DNA of 64,000 nucleotides from a virus: IMG/VR virus record IMGVR_UViG_3300036670_000250, positions 5,898 to 69,897 of that record; one strand, 5' to 3'. Shown piece by piece: positions 56,703 to 64,000 of this stretch (position 1 is its first letter; each line of letters starts with the position of its first letter). The notes under the pieces were generated by a model. It saw only the letters and a program-made list of their open reading frames with translations, ran no database searches and was not told where the DNA came from. The position numbers and the translations under genes were made by a program.

Positions 56703-57683
56703 TTAAAATAAATCGTCGGCTGTAATAGACTTAGATTTTTTATTGTAATCGGTACTCTTCTTGTAAAAAAAGTCACCTTCTTTTGTTGATAATATTTCTA
56801 CATCAAACCATAATGATTTTTCAATTTCAATAAGGTCTACATCAAATATAGATGCCATGCCTATTCTGTTTAATGAATTATTAAATCTATTTTTTATAAA
56901 GTTTTTTATGTTTTCTTTAGATAAAAAATCAAGTTCGCCTCTTTCAAATATCCAATCAAGTATTTTAACTTCTGCTTCATATGCTTTTTTACATGCTGAG
57001 TCAATTAAGTGTTCAAATTCTGCATCAAACCATTCAGGATTTTCTTGTTTGATAATATTAATTAGTTCAGAACCAAAGTTACCATGTATTTCTTCTTCTT
57101 TACTTGTTGCCTCAACAACGTTTGAAATACCTTTAAATAAATTTTTGTCTTTGTTGAAAGACATCATAATATAAAATTGGCTAAATAGACTAACATGTTC
57201 TATAAACAAAGAAAATAATAGCACAGATTTAGTATACATTTTATTGTCTTTACTACGAGTACCATCTAAATATTTTGTTAAGTATGCAATCCTATCCTTA
57301 ATTGCTGGAATTTCTACAACATGCTGAAATTCTTCTTCTAATCCAAGGATTCTTAATAGCTGCGCATATGCATCTTTATGTCTTACCTCAGATTCAGCAA
57401 AGGTCATACCAACATCTCCAATTTCAGTAATAGGCATTCGTTTGTAAAGATCTGCCCAAAACGTTTTTACATTTACTTCAATTTGAGCAATTGCTAACAT
57501 TGATCTTTTAATTACTTCTCTCTCTTGTTCTGTTATTTTAGTTTTAAAGTCATCAATGTCTGTTGTGAAGTTAAATTCAGTATGAATCCAATAAGAATGT
57601 CTAATTGCATCTTTATATGATAATAACTGAGGGTATTCATAAGGTAAAATATTGACTCTACGTTTAAAAATATTGTTATTCAT
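56703..57683 (-). CDS. nrdB: Ribonucleotide reductase class I beta subunit
   Basis: SEVRHKDAY, EHVSLFSQF, EEEIH and DFF motifs. Confidence 0.95.
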   Translation of the reverse strand: MNNNIFKRRVNILPYEYPQLLSYKDAIRHSYWIHTEFNFTTDIDDFKTKITEQEREVIKRSMLAIAQIEVNVKTFWADLYKRMPITEIGDVGMTFAESEVRHKDAYAQLLRILGLEEEFQHVVEIPAIKDRIAYLTKYLDGTRSKDNKMYTKSVLLFSLFIEHVSLFSQFYIMMSFNKDKNLFKGISNVVEATSKEEEIHGNFGSELINIIKQENPEWFDAEFEHLIDSACKKAYEAEVKILDWIFERGELDFLSKENIKNFIKNRFNNSLNRIGMASIFDVDLIEIEKSLWFDVEILSTKEGDFFYKKSTDYNKKSKSITADDLF

Positions 57684-57749
57684 GTATTAATGTTATTTTT
57701 TAACTGTATCGTATGAACAGTTTTGTTTTATATTTATTTGTTAAACTAT

Positions 57750-59156
57750 TTAAAAAATTTTTAATTGTTGTTCTATTTGATATGCGCGCTGCTGAAATTC
57801 AAAAGATTTACCTTTATATTCTTTACGTTGATTATATAAGCGCTCTAATACGTCCTTTAAGATTGACCTTTCGGTGTTATAAACCGCCCCAGTAACGGAA
57901 ACAATAGTGTTTTTTGCTTTTTCTTTTTCTCTTTTATCTGGATGAACTTTCTTAATAAAGCTTTCAGGAGATACATTCATTTGACGCATTACTGATGGAT
58001 ATAGAGATGCAAAGTCAAAGCAGGCAACAGCATTATGCATTCCTGTGATTGGTTCTTTAACAAAAGCTCCTTCATACTGTTCTCTTTTAACGGGTGGTGC
58101 TTTTGGATCTGCGGCTAAAACTAAATTTTTACCAAGAAACTCTCTACATAATAAAGCTTCAGTAATTGCAACAGGTGATGATGCTTTAAATATACTAATT
58201 TTACTTAAATGCGCAATTGTTAGTGCAATATCCATTGTTTTAATTTTTTGATGGATAAGATAAACCAAAGCAGTATCAATGACATTATAAAATATATATT
58301 TAGGGTAATCTTTTTCATACATGTCTTGTATGCTGCCTTCATACTTAACTTTTTTAATACCAATAACAGCTTCTCCTACAGTATCAAGTTTAAAGTCTTC
58401 TTTAATATCAACAGTTTTATCCCATTTTGCGTATATATCAAGGTAATCCATTACACCTACATGACATGGAAATTCATTAGCGCCGAAAGTTCTTCCAATA
58501 GGTGACGAGATACCTATATCTATTCCTAATTTTTTACAGCGATTAATAATATAAGTCCAGTCAAATTTTATAAAATTCCAGCCTGTCATCATTGGAAACT
58601 TTTTAACAAATGAGTCCATGAATGTATATAACATATCATACTCTGATTTAAAGCATTTAAAAATAAAAGAGAAATCATCGCTGATACTTTTAAAATGTTC
58701 ATCAATTTGCTTTTGAATTTTTAATTGTGTAGGTTTATCTAAATCTTTTGTAGCAAGCACAATACACTGTCTATCTGGTGTTACTATGCATATAGCAGTT
58801 ACTGGGTTTGGTGCTTTTGCTGGTTCTGGAAAAGAATCAGTTACTTCAACCTCAATATCTACAAAAAAAGTTTTAGGGAAATTATATTCAAAAATTGTGT
58901 TTTTATCAGTCCATGGTAAATTGTCTACATACTCAATTAAACGATATTTATTTAAGTATCGTGATCTTACCTTTTTTACTGCACCACCATCCCAATTTTT
59001 TATTTTATCATCTGCATTTTTATCAGAAGAATCACAAACTTGCCAGTTAAACATATCCGGTGCATGTAATTCATATGTCATAAAATCTGTTTTACCATTT
59101 ATGTTAAAGTATGAAACGCATAATGATCTGTCTTCTTGTGTAATATCTAATAACAT
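57750..59156 (-). CDS. gp43: Family B DNA polymerase, N-terminal part (3'-5' exonuclease plus motif A)
   Basis: DIEVE, GWNFIKFD, YNVID, YEGAFV and FDFASLYPS motifs. Ends in the fingers helix with no intein motif. Confidence 0.92.
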   Translation of the reverse strand: MLLDITQEDRSLCVSYFNINGKTDFMTYELHAPDMFNWQVCDSSDKNADDKIKNWDGGAVKKVRSRYLNKYRLIEYVDNLPWTDKNTIFEYNFPKTFFVDIEVEVTDSFPEPAKAPNPVTAICIVTPDRQCIVLATKDLDKPTQLKIQKQIDEHFKSISDDFSFIFKCFKSEYDMLYTFMDSFVKKFPMMTGWNFIKFDWTYIINRCKKLGIDIGISSPIGRTFGANEFPCHVGVMDYLDIYAKWDKTVDIKEDFKLDTVGEAVIGIKKVKYEGSIQDMYEKDYPKYIFYNVIDTALVYLIHQKIKTMDIALTIAHLSKISIFKASSPVAITEALLCREFLGKNLVLAADPKAPPVKREQYEGAFVKEPITGMHNAVACFDFASLYPSVMRQMNVSPESFIKKVHPDKREKEKAKNTIVSVTGAVYNTERSILKDVLERLYNQRKEYKGKSFEFQQRAYQIEQQLKIF

Positions 59157-59171
59157 AATTTATGAATTTAA

Positions 59172-59666
59172 TTAATATCCTGATTTTGCTCTATTCCAAT
59201 TAGCTTCATTTTTTGAAAGGTAGTAATTATAGAATTCTTTAGGAGTTACACCGATTGCTAAACCTGCATTAAACACAAAATGCATTACATCAATCCATTC
59301 CATTTTAAGTTCTTTGTAATCGCCAGCAGTAAGATCAGCTAACTTACCTTTGCGCGCCTCGATGTTTGTAGATTTCCAAGGCTTCCATGCAGCATTACCG
59401 TTACCATCAGTAATACCACCAACAGCATCCATCATTTCGTGTAACTCATCAATAATAGAATGATTAGTTATCATTAAAAAATCAACTACATCACCAATTG
59501 TAAACTCAGAGAACGGTTTACGCCCTTGCTTGGTAAAGTACATTTGTTGTGTTTTTGCTTGCAAATTGTAGAGATCTGCGAGTGAAGATTCAGAGTCTTC
59601 ATAACCATTTTCTTTGTAGTAATCTTTAACTAAAAGATCCTTACATACGTTATCAGTATTAGCCAT
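59172..59666 (-). CDS. All-alpha dimeric dUTPase/dCTPase (gp56/MazG-like)
   Basis: DELHE, WKPWK, EWIDVMHF and YLSKNEANWNRAKSGY motifs. Confidence 0.85.
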   Translation of the reverse strand: MANTDNVCKDLLVKDYYKENGYEDSESSLADLYNLQAKTQQMYFTKQGRKPFSEFTIGDVVDFLMITNHSIIDELHEMMDAVGGITDGNGNAAWKPWKSTNIEARKGKLADLTAGDYKELKMEWIDVMHFVFNAGLAIGVTPKEFYNYYLSKNEANWNRAKSGY

Positions 59667-59723
59667 ATTATTTTTTTATTGTTATATGGCATTGTCATAC
59701 TTAGTTTAACAATTTAATAGATA

Positions 59724-60506
59724 TTAAAAGGTCCATTTTGGATCATACCAAAACATACGACCGTTACTATCTTTAAACTTATTCATGTTTGAGTTACCAT
59801 AGCATCTCATAAACTTACGGAATGGTTCAACTTCATTTTTAAATGGATTTTCCCAATCTTTGAGCTGTCCACCACCTAGCGCATATGCTTGTAAAGGAAT
59901 AGTTTTACATAAGTCAAGTATTTCAGGATATGATGTTAATGCAGTTCTTGCATTGGTATTAGGATGTATATTTAGTCTATATAGAATCTCAGCTCTAAGA
60001 TAGTTACCTATACCAGAAAAATATTGTTGATTCATCATTATTAAGTAAATAGGCTTGTTAAAAATTGGCTTATTTATGTTTCCAATAATGTTTTCTTTAA
60101 ACAAATCAAATTCAGTTGTAGGATCAGGCCCACGATTAGATGCCCAATTTTCAGCTAATTTCCATTTACCAAATCTCCTAACGTCAACAAATGATAGTAC
60201 ATTGTCGTTAGATGTAAAAAAATTAAGGTGGGCGTGCTTATGCTCTTTCCCTTTTTTTGTGTATGCAAAATGGCCGCTCATTCCCATGCTCATAGAAAGT
60301 GACATAACTTTAGTTGAGTTTAAATCTTTTAGAGTGAGCATAAGCTCTTTACCTCGACTCTCGGCAGATATTTTAAAAAAGTCAAATTCAGTTATAACGT
60401 CCAAACACTTATGAACATGATTTTTTTGTATGTCTGTAAATTTTATACTATTTGATGAGTGATTAATAAAATCTGCAGTGAGTCTTAATTCAGCTAATTC
60501 TGGCAT
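59724..60506 (-). CDS. Fpg/Nei-family DNA glycosylase (NEIL1-like, no zinc finger)
   Basis: MPELAE, RGKEL, GMSG, DVRRFG and H2TH GIGNYLRAEILY motifs. Confidence 0.9.
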   Translation of the reverse strand: MPELAELRLTADFINHSSNSIKFTDIQKNHVHKCLDVITEFDFFKISAESRGKELMLTLKDLNSTKVMSLSMSMGMSGHFAYTKKGKEHKHAHLNFFTSNDNVLSFVDVRRFGKWKLAENWASNRGPDPTTEFDLFKENIIGNINKPIFNKPIYLIMMNQQYFSGIGNYLRAEILYRLNIHPNTNARTALTSYPEILDLCKTIPLQAYALGGGQLKDWENPFKNEVEPFRKFMRCYGNSNMNKFKDSNGRMFWYDPKWTF

Positions 60507-60534
60507 GGCGTTTTTGTTATATTTTTAGTATAAG

Positions 60535-61104
60535 TTAAGCATTATACATTGTTTTTAAAGAGTTTCTGATAGAACCATTAATTGCCTGTACTGTTAATCC
60601 TAATTCTTTTGCAATATCAGATGTTTTCATTTCAGTACCATAACCAATGCCAAATTTCATTTTGATAATTTCTTGGTGATTAGGTTTTAATCTTGAAATT
60701 AATAATTGTATTTTGAGATCGTTATAATCATTATCATGTTTAATTTCTATTTGAGAAACGTATGATCCTTGATATGAAGTATCTAATTGGCATATCTTAG
60801 GTGATTCTTCGGTAAGATGAGTTTTGTGAGCAGGCACTCTAATTAATCTACTTTTATTATTTAATGCTTGTCTAATTATAGCTTTAATCCAAAAAGATGC
60901 ATAAGTTGGAAATTTACCTTTATTAACATCATGCTTGTCTCTAGCTAAACATAATCCAACAGTACCTTCATGAATAAGATCATCTAATGATAATCCCATG
61001 CCTTGATATTTTTTAGCAAAATGAACAACTAGGCGAAGGTTACCTAGCACGAGATCTTCAGAGTTTTTAACTTTGCCAATTTGCTTGTATAATTGATTAT
61101 TCAT
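60535..61104 (-). CDS. Phage-encoded sigma70-family factor (regions 2 and 4)
   Basis: NLRLVVHFAKKY, DLIHEG, KFPTYASFWI, RLIRVP and a C-terminal HTH. Confidence 0.9.
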   Translation of the reverse strand: MNNQLYKQIGKVKNSEDLVLGNLRLVVHFAKKYQGMGLSLDDLIHEGTVGLCLARDKHDVNKGKFPTYASFWIKAIIRQALNNKSRLIRVPAHKTHLTEESPKICQLDTSYQGSYVSQIEIKHDNDYNDLKIQLLISRLKPNHQEIIKMKFGIGYGTEMKTSDIAKELGLTVQAINGSIRNSLKTMYNA

Positions 61105-61127
61105 ATTTCCTGTTTTTAATTATGATA

Positions 61128-61135
61128 CAAATATA
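61128..61135 (-). promoter_or_regulatory. Bacteroidota-type -7 promoter element TATATTTG
   Basis: Matches TAnnTTTG ~25 nt upstream of the sigma gene. Also at 38224-38231 and 61876-61883. Confidence 0.6.
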
Positions 61136-61317
61136 ATACTATTTGTTAAAGTAAAAAAATATTTCGATAAATTTTTATAAAAGTTATTAACACTTATTAA
61201 ATACATAAATTGCAACCTATGTATAGGCTGCAATTAGAATTGTGTTTGTATAGTCTTTGTGAGTTGTAGTAATGAATCGGTTTATAGTTATATCATAAAA
61301 ATTTAATTTGTTTAAAG

Positions 61318-61860
61318 TTATTGAATTGGAAGTGTATTATACGACCAATGCAATAAACCTTGTTTTGTTTTTAAACCGATTGAATTATCAGATATTTTTT
61401 TATTATGCTTAGCACAAAGAGATTTTAACATACCGGAGTGCCTGGATACAAAAGAACTCCATCTATTAATTTGTCTAATATCATCAACTGACCTTCGACC
61501 ATAATAAAAGTTAATAAACCAATTAAACCAGCCGAAAGGATCTTGCTCTTTTATCCAGCCTGAATTAACCCAGCCTAAGTAATCCATGCCACATAATACT
61601 TTATAACTATTTGTAGATTTATTATAAGTTTTATTAGTTAACAGTTGTTCAACTTCAATTAAATTAGACTTTAAATCAATTAAAAAATCATGAGGGACAT
61701 AATTAACCCAATCTTTTTTAACATTAATATTCCCAAAATAATTACCACCAAAAACGCCTTCACTTATCATTTCTATAGGTGAATATGAAGGTGTAAAATT
61801 TGGAAAATCATTAAATTCATATTTTAAAATATCTGAATTAAAATGTGGTTTATTTATCAT
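61318..61860 (-). CDS. Conserved hypothetical protein; likely start MINKPH
   Basis: GVFGGNYF and DPFGWFNW...GRRSVDDIRQINRW motifs, which I recall from large viruses. Confidence 0.6.
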   Translation of the reverse strand: MINKPHFNSDILKYEFNDFPNFTPSYSPIEMISEGVFGGNYFGNINVKKDWVNYVPHDFLIDLKSNLIEVEQLLTNKTYNKSTNSYKVLCGMDYLGWVNSGWIKEQDPFGWFNWFINFYYGRRSVDDIRQINRWSSFVSRHSGMLKSLCAKHNKKISDNSIGLKTKQGLLHWSYNTLPIQ

Positions 61861-61941
61861 TTCTTGTAGTTTATACAAATATAAACAAAAAAAATCCAGA
61901 ATAAATATCTGGATTGTTAAAGTTTTATTAAAGTTATGTCT

Positions 61942-62226
61942 TTAATTAGATTCTAAAATGTTTATGCATTTAATTGCTTTAGCACATAACTCATATTCCT
62001 CCAATTCAGCAACTCTATTTAAGTTAGTTTTTAATGCGTTAAGATAATCTGCTTTTTTAATTAAAATGTCTAAATTTAAATTTGAAAATAGACCTAATGA
62101 TATTACCTCAGCATTTTCATCCATACCTTTACAGATTGCTGTAATTATTTCAACTGAAATTTCATGAGCCCTGTTTAGTGCTTCTTTAGATAAATCATCA
62201 AAGTTAGTTGACTCAAAATTTATCAT
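61942..62226 (-). CDS. Hypothetical protein with a UVR-like C-terminus
   Basis: EEYELCA motif. Confidence 0.55.
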   Translation of the reverse strand: MINFESTNFDDLSKEALNRAHEISVEIITAICKGMDENAEVISLGLFSNLNLDILIKKADYLNALKTNLNRVAELEEYELCAKAIKCINILESN

Positions 62227-62548
62227 TTACTCCAGTTTTAATTTGAAGACATATATCACATTTTTCATATTCTTCATTCTCTTGAAAAATATGTATCATA
62301 TTATCTAACATATCATTAATTTTTACTAATTTAATTTCCCTAGATTCAATCATACTTAAAATACATGAAATTGATTCAGGCGTTCCAATTTTAATAAAGT
62401 CAATATAAAAATAATCTGCTTTATCTCTTAACCATATATTTTCATGTTCTTTCATATCAGCACTAGCATGCATTTTTGCTATTTCATCCATTTCGATGTC
62501 ATGATCGTTTGGATTAAATTCATCATTGTTAAAATTATGATCTTCCAT
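62213..62548 (-). CDS. Hypothetical protein with a UVR-like C-terminus
   Basis: EEYEKC motif. Confidence 0.55.
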   Translation of the reverse strand: MEDHNFNNDEFNPNDHDIEMDEIAKMHASADMKEHENIWLRDKADYFYIDFIKIGTPESISCILSMIESREIKLVKINDMLDNMIHIFQENEEYEKCDICLQIKTGVNDKF

Positions 62549-62626
62549 ATTATTTGATTTATGTTAAATATAACAAAAAGAAATTAAAAATGAAAGTATA
62601 TATTTTTTTTTTGTAAATTAATATAG

Positions 62627-62953
62627 TTAGCTAATATATTTTAGTATAGCAATAAAGATTCCAAATAACAGTTGTACAACAAACCACACTGTAATTGCTT
62701 GAGTTTTAAATATTTTTAAATCGTTTACTTCTTTAATAAATTCTTTAAGTTGAGTAGGTGAAGTAACTTCATCAATAGATTCTTTCCATTTTTTAATTTC
62801 TTTAACATTATCTTCTTTAATTTTAAGCTCAACAATTTCTTTTCTAAGATCTTGAATTTCGCTATTAAGTTTAGAAATGCCATCGTTAAGTCTTTCCAAT
62901 TCGGTTATTACTAACCTTGAGTATTCACTCCAACTGTTTTGTTCATTTGCCAT
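62627..62953 (-). CDS. Coiled-coil protein with a C-terminal TM helix
   Basis: Heptad repeats, then AITVWFVVQLLFGIFIAIL. Confidence 0.6.
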   Translation of the reverse strand: MANEQNSWSEYSRLVITELERLNDGISKLNSEIQDLRKEIVELKIKEDNVKEIKKWKESIDEVTSPTQLKEFIKEVNDLKIFKTQAITVWFVVQLLFGIFIAILKYIS

Positions 62954-63125
62954 GACTTGAATAAAGATCTTTTATTTTAGTTATTATTTGATTATTTGTT
63001 AATTTTTTATCGTTAATTATTTGTTTAATTTTTAATAAAATATTAGCATCATAATCTTCACGTTTTACTATTAAAGTAACAAGTGATTTTAACTTATTAA
63101 TACATGAAGATTGTTGATCATTCAT
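62943..63125 (-). CDS. Hypothetical protein
   Basis: 60-aa ORF overlapping the next start. Confidence 0.45.
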   Translation of the reverse strand: MNDQQSSCINKLKSLVTLIVKREDYDANILLKIKQIINDKKLTNNQIITKIKDLYSSHGK

Positions 63126-63133
63126 AACTAGAT

Positions 63134-63265
63134 TTATAGTTTATTTATTTTTTTTATTAACATTGGTTTTTCTTCAAACTGTGATTTTTCCCACAATTTT
63201 GTAATAATAATTTTGGATTTTGTGATATATCCTTTATATTTTGTTGATGTTAAACAATTACACAT
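63134..63265 (-). CDS. Small hypothetical protein (43 aa, MCNC...)
   Basis: Below the track cutoff. Fills the gap between neighbouring genes on the coding strand. Confidence 0.4.
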   Translation of the reverse strand: MCNCLTSTKYKGYITKSKIIITKLWEKSQFEEKPMLIKKINKL

Positions 63266-63267
63266 AA

Positions 63268-63471
63268 TTACCATTTATTTTTAGGGCAACTTTCAGTTTC
63301 CCATTTTGCTTTTTGCTTTACATAGCATGTGCATATACTGCATCTGGACTTAACCAAAAAGTTACAAGAATTACATGTACTTAATCTTTTTTGGAAAACA
63401 TCTTCACTAACATTACTGCCTAGAATAATGTGTTTACATAATGCTATTATAAATTTTAATAATCTTTTCAT
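63268..63471 (-). CDS. Small Cys-rich protein
   Basis: RLSTCNSC...CSICTC...KA...CPKNKW. Confidence 0.6.
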   Translation of the reverse strand: MKRLLKFIIALCKHIILGSNVSEDVFQKRLSTCNSCNFLVKSRCSICTCYVKQKAKWETESCPKNKW

Positions 63472-63999
63472 TTATAATTGATCTTGAGTCCAGCCAGGAA
63501 TCCATATTGTCGTTGTTCCGCAAAGAACTTCAACCCAACCCCATGCTGTTTTATCAGTATCATCAGGAACACTATTATAAAAACCAACAAAACTTTGTAT
63601 CGGGTCAGTTTCCTCACAGGTCAAACCGCTCCCTCCATAACCATCTAAGCCAGTTGCTCCTTGGCTACCTTGACTTCCATTTAAACCAAATGCTCCAGTT
63701 GCTCCTCTAAAACCTTGAGTTCCAATTAAACCTGTATTTCCAGTTGCTCCAGTTGCTCCTTGTCTACCTATGTTTCCAGTTAAACCTGTATTTCCAATTG
63801 CTCCTTGATTTCCAATTGCTCCTTGTGTTCCAGTTAAACCTGTATTTCCAGTTGCTCCAGTTAAACCTTGCGTTCCAGTTAAACCTGTATTTCCAATTGC
63901 TCCTTGATTTCCAATTGCTCCTTGTGTTCCAGTTAAACCTGTATTTCCAGTTGCTCCAGTTGCTCCTTGTCTACCTATGTTTCCAGTTAAACCTGTATT
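63472..63999 (-). CDS. Collagen-like (Gly-X-Y) protein, C-terminal part (probable fibre)
   Basis: Not in the track (start is off-window). GNTGLTG/GATGATG/GAIGNQG repeats, ending [22 protein letters not shown]. Confidence 0.85.
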   Translation of the reverse strand, partial: NTGLTGNIGRQGATGATGNTGLTGTQGAIGNQGAIGNTGLTGTQGLTGATGNTGLTGTQGAIGNQGAIGNTGLTGNIGRQGATGATGNTGLIGTQGFRGATGAFGLNGSQGSQGATGLDGYGGSGLTCEETDPIQSFVGFYNSVPDDTDKTAWGWVEVLCGTTTIWIPGWTQDQL

Positions 64000-64000
64000 T
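63721..64000. repeat. Modular 9/18-bp direct repeats encoding collagen triplets
   Basis: cca(g/a)ttaaacctgtattt recurs six times. ccaattgctccttg and ccagttgct modules also recur. Confidence 0.9.

Noticed and set aside
54951-57683. Inteins or introns in nrdA/nrdB
   Set aside because: Both are contiguous, compact and lack Hint motifs.
61136-61317. tRNA or replication origin in a long intergenic region
   Set aside because: No cloverleaf or T-loop motif. Only a small hairpin (61211-61232) and promoter-like AT tracts.
24-63710. Short plus-strand ORFs in the track (for example 14356..14772, 22891..23367, 58786..59175, 63507..63710)
   Set aside because: They are antisense shadows of well-supported minus-strand genes and have no motifs.
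1-64000. Alternative genetic code (stop-codon recoding) as the cause of fragmented genes
   Set aside because: Long genes are intact in code 11, TAA, TAG and TGA all end real genes, and every break except the fingers split of PolB falls inside an intein.
63721-64000. CRISPR-like array
   Set aside because: The repeats are multiples of 9 bp in a Gly-X-Y frame and have no unique spacers.

Overview
AT-rich segment of a large T4-like (myovirus, probably jumbo) phage genome. Nearly all genes are on the minus strand and read in the standard code. The host is probably a Bacteroidota species, inferred from TAnnTTTG promoter elements and an Hc1-like protein. Gene order: tape measure N-terminus, tail chaperones, tube, sheath, terminase, GroES, neck, RNase H, clamp loader, head genes (gp23, gp21, gp20, gp2, gp4), late sigma gp55, gp15, gp46/47, gp41 helicase, UvsX, a 15 kb sugar/DNA-modification island, nrdAB, PolB, dUTPase, Fpg/Nei, a sigma70 and a collagen-like fibre. 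The main signal is six naturally split inteins in five essential genes (TerL, gp46, gp41, UvsX twice, PolB), with no contiguous intein in the window. UvsX is encoded in three pieces, and the middle gene is IntC - 13-aa extein (the L2 DNA-binding loop) - IntN, the topology used for peptide cyclisation. The gaps between split halves hold a decay series of homing endonucleases: one intact, four pseudogene remnants and one gap with only a terminator. Also seen: three promoter classes, an A10 frameshift joining two glycosyltransferase domains, and a candidate tail-chaperone frameshift. All calls come from motif recognition by eye; no searches were run.
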